A stretch of 64,000 bases of DNA. It comes from Marsupella aquatica (lineage: Eukaryota; Plantae; Marchantiophyta). The notes beneath the pieces are model-generated. The model did no database searches and was not told the DNA's origin. It saw only the letters and a program-made list of their open reading frames with translations. Below, one piece after another: positions 14,201 to 26,098 of this stretch. The stretch covers positions 3,702,490 to 3,766,489 of the forward strand of contig OZ316893.1 of NCBI GenBank assembly GCA_973895155.1, read 5' to 3'. The position numbers were made by a program, and so were the translations under genes. The stretch's first letter is position 1; each line of letters starts with the position of its first letter.

Positions 14201-15391
14201 CAAGAGAAATCAAGTTCTTTTTCATGTTAGGTATGTATCTGATATTACTCACTGTTCGCACAGCTCCATCAAATATCCGAATTTTCACAGATCCAATTCC
14301 AATAATTTGACAAGGATGATCATTCCCCATCAACACGGAACCGGTTGATACTGAGTAAGAAGTAAAAAACTCTTTCATACAACAAATATGATAGGTACAG
14401 GCACAATCTAAAATCCATTCATCACCATTGTTACTGGATGAAATGCAAAGGGCAACATCTGGACTTCACAAGATTTCATCATCAAGCAAGTCAATCATAT
14501 CAACATCAGTGGCTGCATTCGCTGATGGTTGATGAGTCTGCTTGACTCGACAGTCTTGTTTCATGTGACCAGGCTTGTTACATTTCCAGCATATAATTGG
14601 TTTCCTTTCTAGAGATTTCTCTCTAGACCTGGATCTAGACTTAGACCGAGCCTTCTCCTTGCCTCTATTCCGTGAGGGATATGTTTGTGAAAAGGACCTA
14701 TTTTTGCCAGTCATCCGTTGTTGAGTCCTTCCGCGGTTCACATTCAATGCACTGCCAGATGAAGATGGTGTCTGGGCATGACTCAGTTTCTTCTGTGCAT
14801 CATCTGACAACAAAGAGCTTACCACCTCATCATATGAAATGGTTTTGAGGTCTCTATACAAGAGAACCTGCTTCAAACCTTGATACGATGGGGGTAAGGA
14901 ACTGAGAAGAAGCAATGCCTTATCTTCATCTTCCACTCCCTTGCCAAGATTTGACAAATCTACAGCTAGGCTGTCGAATTCATCCAAGTGATCTCGAAGC
15001 TTGCCTCCTTCTTTAGCCTCAAGCTCATCAAGAGAGACTTCTTGTACAACCGATCTGAGGTATCCTCTCGGTAGTACTTCTCTCTGAGGGCCTTGAATAA
15101 GGATACGCAATCCTCGTAGTCGTCCAGCTTCTTAATGATATGCAACTTTAGATACAGCATAACCGCATTCACAACGATCACTTGCTCCTACCTCCATTTT
15201 CTCAACGGGATCTCCTCCTCACTATTAGACTCCTCCCGAGTCAATAGTAGATGATCTAGGCCCATAGCACGAAGAATTTCCTTAACTTGCTTCTCCCATA
15301 GCAAATAATCCGTGCGCCCATCATACTTTTCCACCTCAAACTTGACACCTCCAAACTTGGATGCCATCGTTGTCCTCTCGACGTTCTCCAT
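11239..15391 (-). pseudogene. copia gag-pol of copy 1, broken by several stops and frameshifts
   Basis: Gag KFEVEKYDG, zinc knuckle CWKCNKPGHMKQDC, WILDCAC protease, WHCRLGH and VHSDVWG integrase, YKARLVAKGF and LYVDN RT, GYVDSDY and KHIDIRYHFIR RNase H, spread over 7-8 ORF fragments. Confidence 0.95.
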
Positions 15392-17291
15392 GTGCTATTT
15401 GTTTGTTGCGCCCTATATCCTTTTATCGCTTTTTCCTTCCTTCCTTCCCGTTGACTCAAATCCAAATCATGAAAAAATGCTGTTTTTCATAACTTTCCAA
15501 AAAACTTGAAACTTGTCACTGCCACGTAGCCCACCAGCCTAGCAAGCCAATGCTGAAATCCAAAATTGAAACCGAGTTCCGACGAAAAACTTTTTCACGT
15601 TTCGGTCGAGGTGGGTAAAACTCAAAAAATTCTCCCCCATTTTGACCACCTCAGGGAATAAGAAAAATTCCAAGTACCACCCGTCGCCAGAAATGCAAAT
15701 CAAGTGGTGCACCGCGTTGCTAGCTTCAGTGGCTACGTCCTCGCCAAAAAAGATCCAAAAAAAGTTATCGTTCGGACCTTGGAATCTTTGACTAAAGGCC
15801 GAAAAATAGCTCTCTGTTTTTTTGGAATATTCCTTGGACTGTGCGTCAGGTCTCACAGGGGGCCGTTCCCCCTGTTAGAGCAGTTAAATTGCCGGGTCAC
15901 CGGGCCCGGGTTGCCGCTTAGCCAATGGGAGAAAGAGGAGAAAAAAAAATTACCCTAAAGGGGGGGGAATCCCTTTTCAAAAAATATAGTGTATTAAGGG
16001 CTAGGGGTACGCTAGTACGCGGATGGGGTACTGCACGGATACGTACGTGGGTGGGAGGGAGGGGGGTGTACTCTGCCTTAATGGCTCATAGGGCAGCGTG
16101 CCCTCCTGGCCTGGCTCCCCCTCTTTAATTGCCTCACAAGGCCCTATGCTAGGGCACAAGGCCCTATGGTGGAGGGAAGGCGTGCAGAAAAGAGGGGAGG
16201 GGAGGGAGATAATAAATAGGGCACAAGGCCCTATGTGGCTTTAATGAGAGGGGAAGGGGAGGAGAATGTCCAGGGCACAAGGCCCTATGTGGCTGTAATG
16301 AGGAGGTGGGAGGAGGGCTAGCAAAAGGGGGGAGGGGGGGGATGTCCAGGGCACAAGGCCCTAAAGTGGCTTTAATGGGGGGGGAAGGGGGGGTGGCACC
16401 GTATACGTGCGCAAATACAACGCTGTACGTGCGCCAGGGGGGTTATCGTATGCCTGGGGGGGTGGGTGCACATGTATAATTACACATAAGGGGTTAAAAC
16501 CCCTTTAAAACGCACAAATGTTGCCGCAAAAAAATTTGCAGTGTTACTGAAAATGTCGCCGACGCCGTTATTGAAAATTTGCCGTGTTACTGAAAATGTC
16601 GTCGTTTCACACAAGAAAAGTGCACGTCACCGACGGGAAATGTTTCCGAATTTCACTGGCGCCGTGTGCAACTCTAACAGAGTAAAAACTTTCCGTCATG
16701 ACTCCTTCACTCCGTGTTAAGTGCCAATCTCGGACTCAAAATGACCGCCTTGCCGTGATCTCTCCTTTAAGCCATAGCACTTCACGAATCTTCTTCTGAG
16801 TTAGACGTAACGACAAGAAACCCCGCTTCAGTCAAAAGAAGACCTTCATAGCCGGTCAGAAACTCAGAACGGCTCTTTTGCTCGGAACGTCGCACTTGCT
16901 ACACCTTCGATAGCAAACCAGCTACCAAAACAATCAGCTTTGCCCGATCTACGATTTGAGCTATAGTATGCCTCACCTTGTCCACCGCAAATATCACACC
17001 GTTGAGTAAACGATCTCAGGTCCCCCCCAAAAGAACCGTCGAAGAAAACCGTCGAACACGAATCACAAAAAATCCAGAACGACGGAAACATGAATTCCTC
17101 CGCACCACGAACTCCGTTCAGAGATTTCTTTGCACCGTCGGAAAGCCCTTGCCCCGATCTATCCGTTGAGCCCAACACCTCCAAGTTCCATGCGATAGAT
17201 CTCCATGAAATCCACCAACTCTAACCGCTGGAAAAACCGTCACCAACACGTCACAAAAATTTTGATCACCTCAACGTCACCTCCCAGGCTT

Positions 17292-17303
17292 GCTCTGATA
17301 CCA
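17292..17303 (-). promoter_or_regulatory. Primer-binding site (tRNA-iMet) of copia copy 1
   Basis: Minus strand TGGTATCAGAGC, 2 nt inside the 5' LTR. Confidence 0.95.
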
Positions 17304-19265
17304 ATTGTTGAACTAAGACGTCATTCGCAATGACCATACAACCATGACTTATTCCATGCACACGTAGTCGACACAATCTCTACGTGGTTCACCTCTTCTC
17401 CAAGGCTACGTCCACATGAACACTCAAACTTTACTTCAAGAGTAAACGAACACACATGCTCTCCATCTTCCTCAAGTTGCTCCGTTACAATGAGTAAGCA
17501 CCACTAACCAGCGGCTTACACTAGCCCTGGTATATACAAGATCACACACGACTAACCTAACCTCAGCTAAGACCCTAACTATGGTTAGCCTAAGTGCCGT
17601 AACCTTTGAGTCACAAGACTAAGAGAAATCCTTAACATGGCTATATGCACACCAGCACTACCGCTAATATTAGCTAAGTCCTAACCCGAGTTAGACTAAC
17701 TGTGGTTAGCTCATGAGTCACAAGACTAGAGCAATATCTAACAGATTTTCCAAGTGCATAAAGGCTGTCACTAAATATTATATATATATATACAAGTGCA
17801 ACCCATGGATAAAGTGTATAGATGCATTTACCCTTTACTGCAAAATTTCACAATGGACATGTATTGATAAGTGCAACAAAGATTACACCAAGTAGTGTCT
17901 TTCATGCATCTTATCTAGTTCAATGGTACAGTAGGAGGACTTGGGGTAAGACTAGTGTGATGTGTGTGACTTGACAGCACATACTCCACATATCACACTA
18001 TATATCACACTGCTCAAGGGCAAAAAAATGCCGAACCGGGAGACATGATCCCAATGGCAAAGCAACCCAATGAAGGGAAGGAAAAAGGGGGAAGGACCCA
18101 AGAAAAACATGCCAAGGGGACCCCAACCAACATAACGAAGAAGCAGGGGCCAAAAACGGGAACCAACAAAAGAGCCAAGAAGGCCAACACCCTACTGAGC
18201 GGTGAACTGAAAAGCCTGGTAGAGCTCCGGAGTAAACCGCATAGGAGGGTCACGTAGCGGAACCTGCCGGGAAGCCCTAAAACCTACTGCCTGAGCAGCC
18301 CTACGAAGGAGGGTGAAAGCCTGGGCCTGCTGAAGAGCCACAGACACCCGATGTCAAAAAAAGGCCGTGAGGACAGAAATAGGGGGGAAAGGCCTCCGCT
18401 CAATACAAAACACTGCACAGGCCCGTAAGAACTGGTCAAAGGTAGGGTGGAGAGCACCAAAAACTTCAAGGGCAAACGGGTAGAAAAGGTCCCAACCGCA
18501 TAGGCCTCCTCCTTGAGCCGAGCTGCCTTGGCTGCAGCATGGCCAGGCACATGGGCAGCGACCGCAACATGGCTCCCCCCCAGTAGGGTCAGCAACAACA
18601 ACATCCCCAAGAGCACGAACCCCAGCCCTAGAAAAGACCAGATCCACTTGCCGCCGGTCACAAAGACCATGTCGAGGGGGAAGAACATGTCGTTGCTCCA
18701 TGGCGACATGGTAACCAGAGTCCCGTGCAATGGAGCCACCACATCCCATATGTCATCATGGGTGGCAGTCCGCTCACGCCCGTGGCCGCACTGGAGAATA
18801 TGAACTCCCAATGAATCCAACTATGCCCCACAAACACACGTGGGTTGGCCAAGAAGGCAAGGGTGAGGAAGTCCCAACTAAAGGCGCAACGAAGTGGTAA
18901 AGAGAAAGGAGCTCAGACGGAAAGGGGCCCACAAATGACTAGCAGACAACCAAGCTCCAGAACCCGTACTTGCGCAAGAGAGGAGGCGAGCACAAACCAA
19001 GTCGGAAGTTGCATCCAAGAGCATGCTGGAAAGGGTGTGACGGTGCATGCGGTCGGAGATCACCTGCTGGACACAGTCCGGACTGTCAAGAACCACCTCC
19101 ATGAAATGAAGAACAGCGGCCTGAACAACCTCCGGTAGGAGAGAACGGGTGTGGCAAAGGCAGACCTGGAAGGGGAGAACTCCCTCCTCAACCCCCATGA
19201 CATGGTCAAAGAGTATGGGTTGGAGATCCACAATGAAACGAGAAGCAAGGGCAGGGGCCACCTGC

Positions 19266-22200
19266 TGTGACGGGGTCCCCCGTCACTCGAAATCATGAAT
19301 AATGGGTTGCAGAGGGGTGTGCCTTGTTAATAGCCACTGTAAATAAGCCATTTTTAAATTTTTTTTAGTTATTTCCGCCATTGTAGGTTGATGATGCCCC
19401 GGGTGACTTTGTATTCTTCCTCTCGTAACAGTTCTAAGATTTGTGGCGACCTAAGCAGGCAAATATTTTGGGACCTTAAAAAGCTAGAGGGCCAACCCCA
19501 TTGGAATTATCGTTTGCTTGAGCTATCGTTGCCACCCCCCTTGTAATTTGAAGAAAAGGGAGCTTTGGGGGGATTAAAATTCCCCATTAGGGAGCCCTGC
19601 GAGTGACCAGGTGGCGCCCGGGAAACCTAGCCCTTGCATAGGGAGGCGCGCCACGCGAGCGAGGGTGCCGCAAGCCAGGGGCTCCCGTGAGCCGGGCCCA
19701 AAGGACGCGTGAGTGAAGGAGGGGGGGTATTAAACCCTCCCGCGAGGAGGGAGCAGGACCGGGCGAGCCCTGCATAGGGCCGCGAGCCCACCAGCCGCAG
19801 CCGCAAGTAGACGCAACGGCGAGGGGGAGAAAGCGAGAGGCAAGCCGGGGCGCATGGCTTGTGCGCAGCCGGGAGGTACCGGGCGGCTTGCCGGAGCCGG
19901 GAGGAGCCCGTGAGTAAGAGCCCAGGTGAGCCGAGCCGGGGCGCGAGGCGCAGCCGGGTCGCAGCCGGGAGGAGAAGATCGTGGAGTGGGGAGGGGGGCA
20001 ATTAAGTTCCCTTGGGAAGGGCCCGCATGAGGGGCTGTGAGTAGGGGGGAATTAAATTTCCCCGGCCTTGGAGGACTGGAGGCCACCGCGAGTATGCCCC
20101 GGAAGGGAGGCGCGAGGCGCTCCCACGAGTAGTGGGGGGAGAATTAAATCCCCCATTAAAGCGCAGCCGGGATGCTTCGGAGGACAGGTCAGAGGGGGGC
20201 AGGTACGCGCGCGGCAGAAGGGGGGAGAAAATACTCCCCGATACACGGGTTAGTCAATACCCAGGAGAGGGCAGCGGACGGCACCTGGTGCTTAGGGGTA
20301 TACTTAAGGGGGGCCTGCGCCCTTAGGAAAGCCACCACTTCTTGCTTTCCCCTTAACTTTTTTCTTGCTTCCCTTGAGATGCCGAAAGCTTCCCTCAAAA
20401 CTGCTTCTTTGTAAACAGTACCCTGGTTCTTGGTTCTCCAATTTTTTCCCCTTTCTCTCTAGCTCGGCATGGAATTGGGGGACTCACTGTCTCCGAGCAT
20501 TAACGGTGGCTGTAGTGAATTATGTCTGAGAAATTGAGATTGGGTCATTGATTGATCGGGATACGGGGGCTGTTTCGGGCCAGGGAATTGACATTGCTAC
20601 GAGTGACGGGATTTTGTGATTGAGGATTTGATTTCGGGATGCACGAATGCTAGATCAACCAGAGTTCAGTGTGGCACGCATTCGGAGATACAAGGCTGCT
20701 TACCGTGACTACGTGGAGACTTTGATTTCAAGGGAGAGAGAAGAGAGAAGCTACGATGAGCACGGGATTGGCAGCAGGTTCCACGCCGGTGGGTAGGAGG
20801 ATTTTTCGTCGAATTTATCCCAAGACCTCCGCCAAGGTGATGGAGGATTGTCGGAATATTTTCCAAGCCACCGGGGTTACAGAATTCATGAAGGTGGAGA
20901 TTACCATCCCCCCGGGGAAGAGCTGGGACATTGAGGTCGGGATGGAGTTAAGAACGGAGGGAATCTACTTTGAATGTCTCAAACGTGTAGTGCCCCATGT
21001 AGAGTTGGCTAGGCTGCTGTTTCTGGAGAATCAGAAATTCTCATTCACACCTCGGCACATCAGGGGAGAACTCACGTTGAAGATGGTGGCCACTTGGGTG
21101 ATTAATCCCACCTCCACCACTGCCATCCCTCTTTCCGCTGTCAAGGATGTTGAGTATAAGGGATTCCTGGCCAAGGTTCATCAACGGGTCCTTGGCAACG
21201 TGCAATCAGGGGTGGTGAATGAAGAACATTTCGTGGTAGCTATGGACATCAAGAACCACCCAGCCCATGTGTACGGATGGTGGTACTACGGGTTGAAGAA
21301 GTTGTTGGCCGCTGACCTCGGGAGTGTGAAACCAGGTGGGGCTGTACATTTGATGGGGTCATTTGTATTGGCCAGGGCAGAAGGGTTGATTGGTTCCCCG
21401 GGACAGGAAGACACGGAATCATCTCTCACCACGGTGATCCGGAGTATTGCCACTACCGTTATAGGGAAGCTCACGGAGGAGTCATCGTCGGCTGGTGGGG
21501 ATGAAGATAGAGGAGAAGAAAACCAGGATGAGGACTACACATTGGAGTGGCTTGAATCACTCGTGGGAGATCGGAAAGAGCCCCTGGCCTACAACATTCT
21601 GGATGTTTACCTGGCAGAGCTACAAGATTTCAGAGAGGGAGTCCATGAGGGACTCAAGCTAGTCCACGCATTGAGAGATTCTCTCAAGCACACCACAGCC
21701 AGAGTAAAGACGTTAGAGCAGAGTACCCTGTCTCTGAAGGAGGTGATCAAGGCCAAGGAGGAGACCATTCATGAGAAGGTTAAGCTCTCCAAGCAGCTCA
21801 CGTAGAGATCTCCAACTTGAAGGGAGCCTTGTCCACCAAGGCCAAGGAAGCAGAAGAGGTGGGAGCATTGAGACAAGCATTGGCCAAAGAGAAGCAGAAT
21901 TCTGGAGAAGTGGTGGAGTGGAGAAACCAGGTGGGAGCACTAAGGAGTCAGGTGGCCGCCTTTGAGACACGAGCAAAGAGGAGTGAGGCCTTGAGTCTGG
22001 GGAAACGGAAGAGCCCCGGCACTCCTAGCTCCACACTTTCTCCGGATTTGATCTCCCAGGCTATTGAGATGGTGGTGAAGGAGGTTAGTGGGAAGTATGG
22101 GCCCTTGTTGGATGGAGCCAAGAAGAGTCAGGAGAAGAGCAAGGGCTTGGAGAAGAAGCTCCGGGAGGTACGGAAATCATTACAGGAGGCTCAGGTCAGT

Positions 22201-23660
22201 ACAGGGATGCCACCCAGGTCTGTCACCCCCGGGACTCCCATGGCCACAGGGCAAGTTCTACCGTTGGAGTTGCGGTCCGGAGAAGAGGCTACCCTATGGA
22301 AGGACACCATTGGTGAGGGGTACATTAAAGCGTGGCAGGCCTTGGCCAATTTGAGAAAGCAGGGGAGCACTAGCACAAGGAGTACCCCGGTAAAGAAGAA
22401 GAGAAGTGAAGTGGCACTCACTCCAGTGGAGAGTGATGAGGAGGCCCACTCACGGGGCTCAAGCCAGGGCACCGTGAGTGAAGAGGAGGAGGATTAGAGT
22501 GGTCGTACGGACGTGGTTGTACGGCCCCTGGACTTTCCAACTTTTTTGTGAGGGGTCACTCACGGGCTTGTTGGAAAGAGCTCGCGGAGCTGATTCCAAC
22601 AAGAGGCGGTGCTCCTCAAACGGAGCCAGGATGAGCAGGTTATGGCCCGACGAAGTTGTGTTTACGGTATACGGAAACGGTCATAACTTGGTCGTCCAAT
22701 GTCCGTTTAGAGAGCGGTTGAGTGATTCGTGATCAGAAGGAGGAGAGCTATCCAGGGGTGAACTCAGAAGTGCAAGTGGAGGGGCGCCTAGTTTCGGCCA
22801 TTGTGGGGTTCCTTGCAATTTCACGGTTCACGGAGTAACGTTGGGGCACCGTCGAAGGCACCGTCAGCCCCATTGTTAGTTTAGGGTTTAGGGTTTTTAG
22901 ACGCATGTGTGTGCTGCATGGTTTTAGTTTAGGGGTTTCTTAGTGAAGGGTTTAGCGGCGCCGCTAGGGTAAGCCGCCATCGTTGTGGCCCCGTGAGGGG
23001 TGCCTTTGGTGTGTTTTTTGGTATTTAGGGGGAGAGCCCCAGAGTAGTGGGGGGGAACTCAGCGTAGTACTTGGATGCTTTGGAGTAGCTTTTGTGAGTA
23101 GCGCACCGTTTAGGAGAAGTTCAAGCCAGAGTAGTGAGGTGGAGAACGTAGCACTTGTCCCCGGGAGGCAGGAGTTGGGCAGACGGCAGGAGGCCGGGTT
23201 GCCCTTGCATGTGTTACGAGAAACACCAAGAGATATGGATTTGGCTTGAGGTTCCAATATTTTGTGTGTCACTTGTGGTTGCTTGTGTTGTTTGTTTTCC
23301 TCCCCTAGTGCGTGTGGTCGGTGTCGTTGTGGAAACATTTGCCCTTGTCACTAGTGTTCAAATCTTATTGTAAATGTTGGTATGCTTGCCCAAGAGAGGA
23401 GGGGGGTGGTGACAGCACTCACCCGGTGGGCATGAGTTGTAGATGGTAGGACCAGTCCCTTGGACTTGATCAAAAACGGAGAGACCAGTCGGTAGACTTG
23501 ATCAAAAAATACACTTCCGGGAGCGGAATCAAACATACTCATACTTAGGTGTGGAAATCCTCCAAATAGCGTCCCTCCACGACCCCGTAATACGATACCA
23601 ACGGTTTAAGCAAGGAAAAGTACGGTTTGCACGTATTAATCGTTGGACAAGCAAGTGACA
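19266..23660. mobile_element. 4395-bp TG...CA insertion with 5-bp TSD, probable very long solo LTR
   Basis: Begins TGTGAC, ends GTGACA; CCTGC on both sides (19261-19265 and 23661-23665). Removing it restores the CRE coding sequence. No terminal direct repeats, PBS, PPT or pol motifs were seen. Confidence 0.85.
20756..22497 (+). pseudogene. ~580-codon accessory ORF (globular N-terminus, acidic linker, coiled coil, NLS-like basic motifs) with one frameshift near 21785
   Basis: ORFs 20756-21805 and 21817-22497 join by a 1-nt shift (..EKVK/ALQAAHVEISNLK..). Heptad-rich C-terminal half; GKRKSP and PVKKKR motifs; acidic tail. Confidence 0.7.
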
Positions 23661-25335
23661 CCTGCGCCCAACTCCCAAGGAATGCACAAGGGGCAGTAGA
23701 AACAACCGAGGAAATACCCATGCCACCGCCAGAAGGCGGTAGGGCAGCCTGCCGAGCGGCAAAAGAACCATCCTCTCCTTCAAGGGCTCCAGGGTCAATA
23801 AGGTGTCCAAAGGTCCCCATCACAGTGGTGTCAAAGGATGACAACAATGACAAAAACAATGGAGGCAATCACAGTCCAAAGCAAGTATGAGGGGCGCCGG
23901 ACAAAGCACTGGACCAAAATCATGAAGGCAATATGAACGTCACCAAGGGCCACCAACTGGTCGATGTGAAGAACATCCTGAGATAAAGCCACCTGCAAAA
24001 AGTCACGGACAAAAGCATCCTCCCCAAATGGGACCCCAAGGACCCGAATGCCCTCCTCACGAAGGGGGACACCAAGGGGAGGGGAGAAAGAATCGGGGAG
24101 AGGATGCGGAGACCAGACCCCGCACTTCCGAGACTGTACCGAAAGGCCAAGAAGCGCCAACTGGTCAACAAAGTGGAGATAAGCAGCACCAAGGATCAAG
24201 GTGGGCCCAACCAGATGAGTGTCTCAGCAATGGACGGAAACATGCACCCCGGAAAGGCAAGTGAAGAGGCCCGGAGAGCCCGAAAGTGTGCCACGGCAAA
24301 TAAAGCCCCACCAATGGGATCCCCTTGCCAAGTACCAGACTCAGAAAGAATAGTCGTGTAAGAGCCATGACTAAGGCGGTCAGGATAGAACAACAGGGCA
24401 GGAGTCCCATAAAAGGCCCGAACAAAAGGAATGAGGGATGCAATCTCCCCACCCGCCTCCCACAACTGCGTAAGTGATTTCTTACGCAGTTATAGCATAC
24501 GCATGATTAGCCTACTTCCGAGGAGGATGCACTTCTACAATACACAGACAGTACTATAAAAGGTGAACTCATTTACTATAGAGGGAGTTGGATTTGAATC
24601 TGAAGGGAGTTGGATTTGAATCTGAACTTTGCGTTCACTGAGTCAAACAAAGCCAAACATCAGTTGAACAGAAATTGTGAAATCGAGGCAACTGCGGTCT
24701 TCAGTTCTTCAAAAATCTGTACTCTAGCATAATTGATAAGATTCAGGATGATGCCAGACTTTTGGTGGAGCCTAATAGATGGAGCAGTCTTTGCAAGCTT
24801 CTTTACCATACATGGTATCCTCTCAAGTTCTCATTTGGAGTTCTAGAACACACTTCCCCATATCTTATGTTGGGGTCACACACACTAAACTGCTGGTATT
24901 ACATGCTGGTGCTACACTTCCCCATATATATATTTTAGCGGCTCGGGGGTTTCACTTCCACAAAAATGACATATCACGTGCGACGAAGGATATGGTCATT
25001 TTATTGGTTCTAAGGGAATATTTAATTTTTTTTGTAAAAAAACAATAAGGTCTTTTAAATTCAATTTTGAGATTTATAAGAACATTAGGATCTTTTTAAT
25101 CTAATTTTTGTAGAATATTTTTGTAGAATACACCCGTGCAATGTAGGCAAAGGTGTCCCTTGTTTCCCATTGCAAAGGTGTCCCTTGTTTCCCATGGCAC
25201 CCCTGACTCTAAGTTGACTTGCATGACCAAGATCATATCATATTATGAGCCCCCTGATTGGGCCTACTGTCCCTCATTAAAGTCAATTATTATCAGCAAC
25301 CTCCCCTTTCTCAACCATAAATCTTGTGAGTGCTT

Positions 25336-26098
25336 ATGGTAAGACCATCATAAAATGCTGAAATATTAATGATATGAAATATTTTTGAAGCTGCTATATG
25401 GTGAATCCAACTCTCAGTTTTGTCTTATTCATATTTGTGTATCATGAATTTTTATTTGAATGTACCTTAACAAGGGGCATCCTTTGTATCACATAGACTT
25501 TTAATTCATTTTTGGACCCCTTTAAATTTTTGGTATTCTATAGTGTTTTGAATTTATTTTGGCAACCCCTTTAATTTGTATAATTTGTTAAGTCCTAGAG
25601 AGAAACTAAGGGCTTCATTTTCTACCGCTTTTAAGTATACTCATGAGTGAGAGGAATGATTCTAAAAAATGTCAGCACATCCTGTCTTAAGCTCCCCTTG
25701 TGGTTTTCTTTCCTAAGTTTATGGTTTTTATTGAATAAGAGTCATTAATAAGACACACTGAAATACTTGCACAACTCGTAGGATCTTTGTGTAATAAAAT
25801 TGTACTTTCCATTGGTCACTATGTGCTTGTATTACATGTACTTTATTTATATTATTTGATTTCATTGTGCACAACTTGCAGCAACTTTGTGTAATAAAAT
25901 TATACTTTCCATTGGTCACTATGTGCTTTTATTGCATGTACTTTATTTATATTATTTAATTTCATTTAATATGTATTCTAGTCTTACTCTTTAATTTTGT
26001 CCACTTAATATCACTACAAGACAAAAAGTAAAGCATGTTCTAGGATGAGCATGCTATATGGTAAGACCATCATAAAATGCTGAAATATTAATGATATG
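25336..26098. repeat. AT-rich local duplications
   Basis: tatggtaagaccatcataaaatgctgaaatattaatgatatg at ~25336 and ~26057; a ~100-bp tandem unit at ~25786 and ~25887. Confidence 0.7.

Larger units (their letters stand above)
10703..17637 (-). mobile_element. Full-length Ty1/copia LTR retrotransposon (Tnt1/Tork-like), copy 1
   Basis: 332-bp LTRs at 10703-11034 and 17306-17637 (TG...CA, 9 substitutions counted); TSD TGGCT; tRNA-iMet PBS at 17292-17303; PPT just inside 11035; domain order gag-PR-IN-RT-RH. Confidence 0.97.
10460..17743 (-). mobile_element. Solo LTR of a related copia family, split into 10460-10702 and 17638-17743 by a nested insertion
   Basis: Starts TGTTGAG, ends CTAACA, flanked by direct repeat GATTT (10455-10459 and 17744-17748). 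Shares blocks (tagtcgacaca, cgtggttcacc, ggctacgtccac, tgagtcacaagacta) with the nested element's LTR. Confidence 0.85.
18014..24470 (-). mobile_element. 5'-truncated, decayed CRE-like non-LTR retrotransposon (RT plus restriction-like endonuclease), split at 19266-23660
   Basis: RT motifs SESGTWQGDPIGGALF and FPSIA(DD)THLVGP (1-nt frameshift), GIRVLGVPFG, LPPSGGGMGI. The frame resumes after the insertion (LGSWAQV|APALASRF). C-terminal HILQCGHG..THD zinc-knuckle region and RQVDLVF..GDVVVADP PD-(D/E)xK-type endonuclease. The 3' end is approximate. Confidence 0.85.

Noticed and set aside
16864-17184. 106-codon ORF present in the leader of both copia copies (also 54900-55220)
   Set aside because: It starts at TTG with no upstream in-frame ATG, has many amino-acid differences and no recognisable domain. 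Retention is expected from high nucleotide identity alone.
19587-20414. Cluster of overlapping Pro/Arg/Gly-rich ORFs
   Set aside because: An artefact of high GC content; no domain motifs.
22878-22955. TTTAGGG telomere-like repeats
   Set aside because: Only 2-3 imperfect units inside a transposon; telobox-like, not an interstitial telomere.
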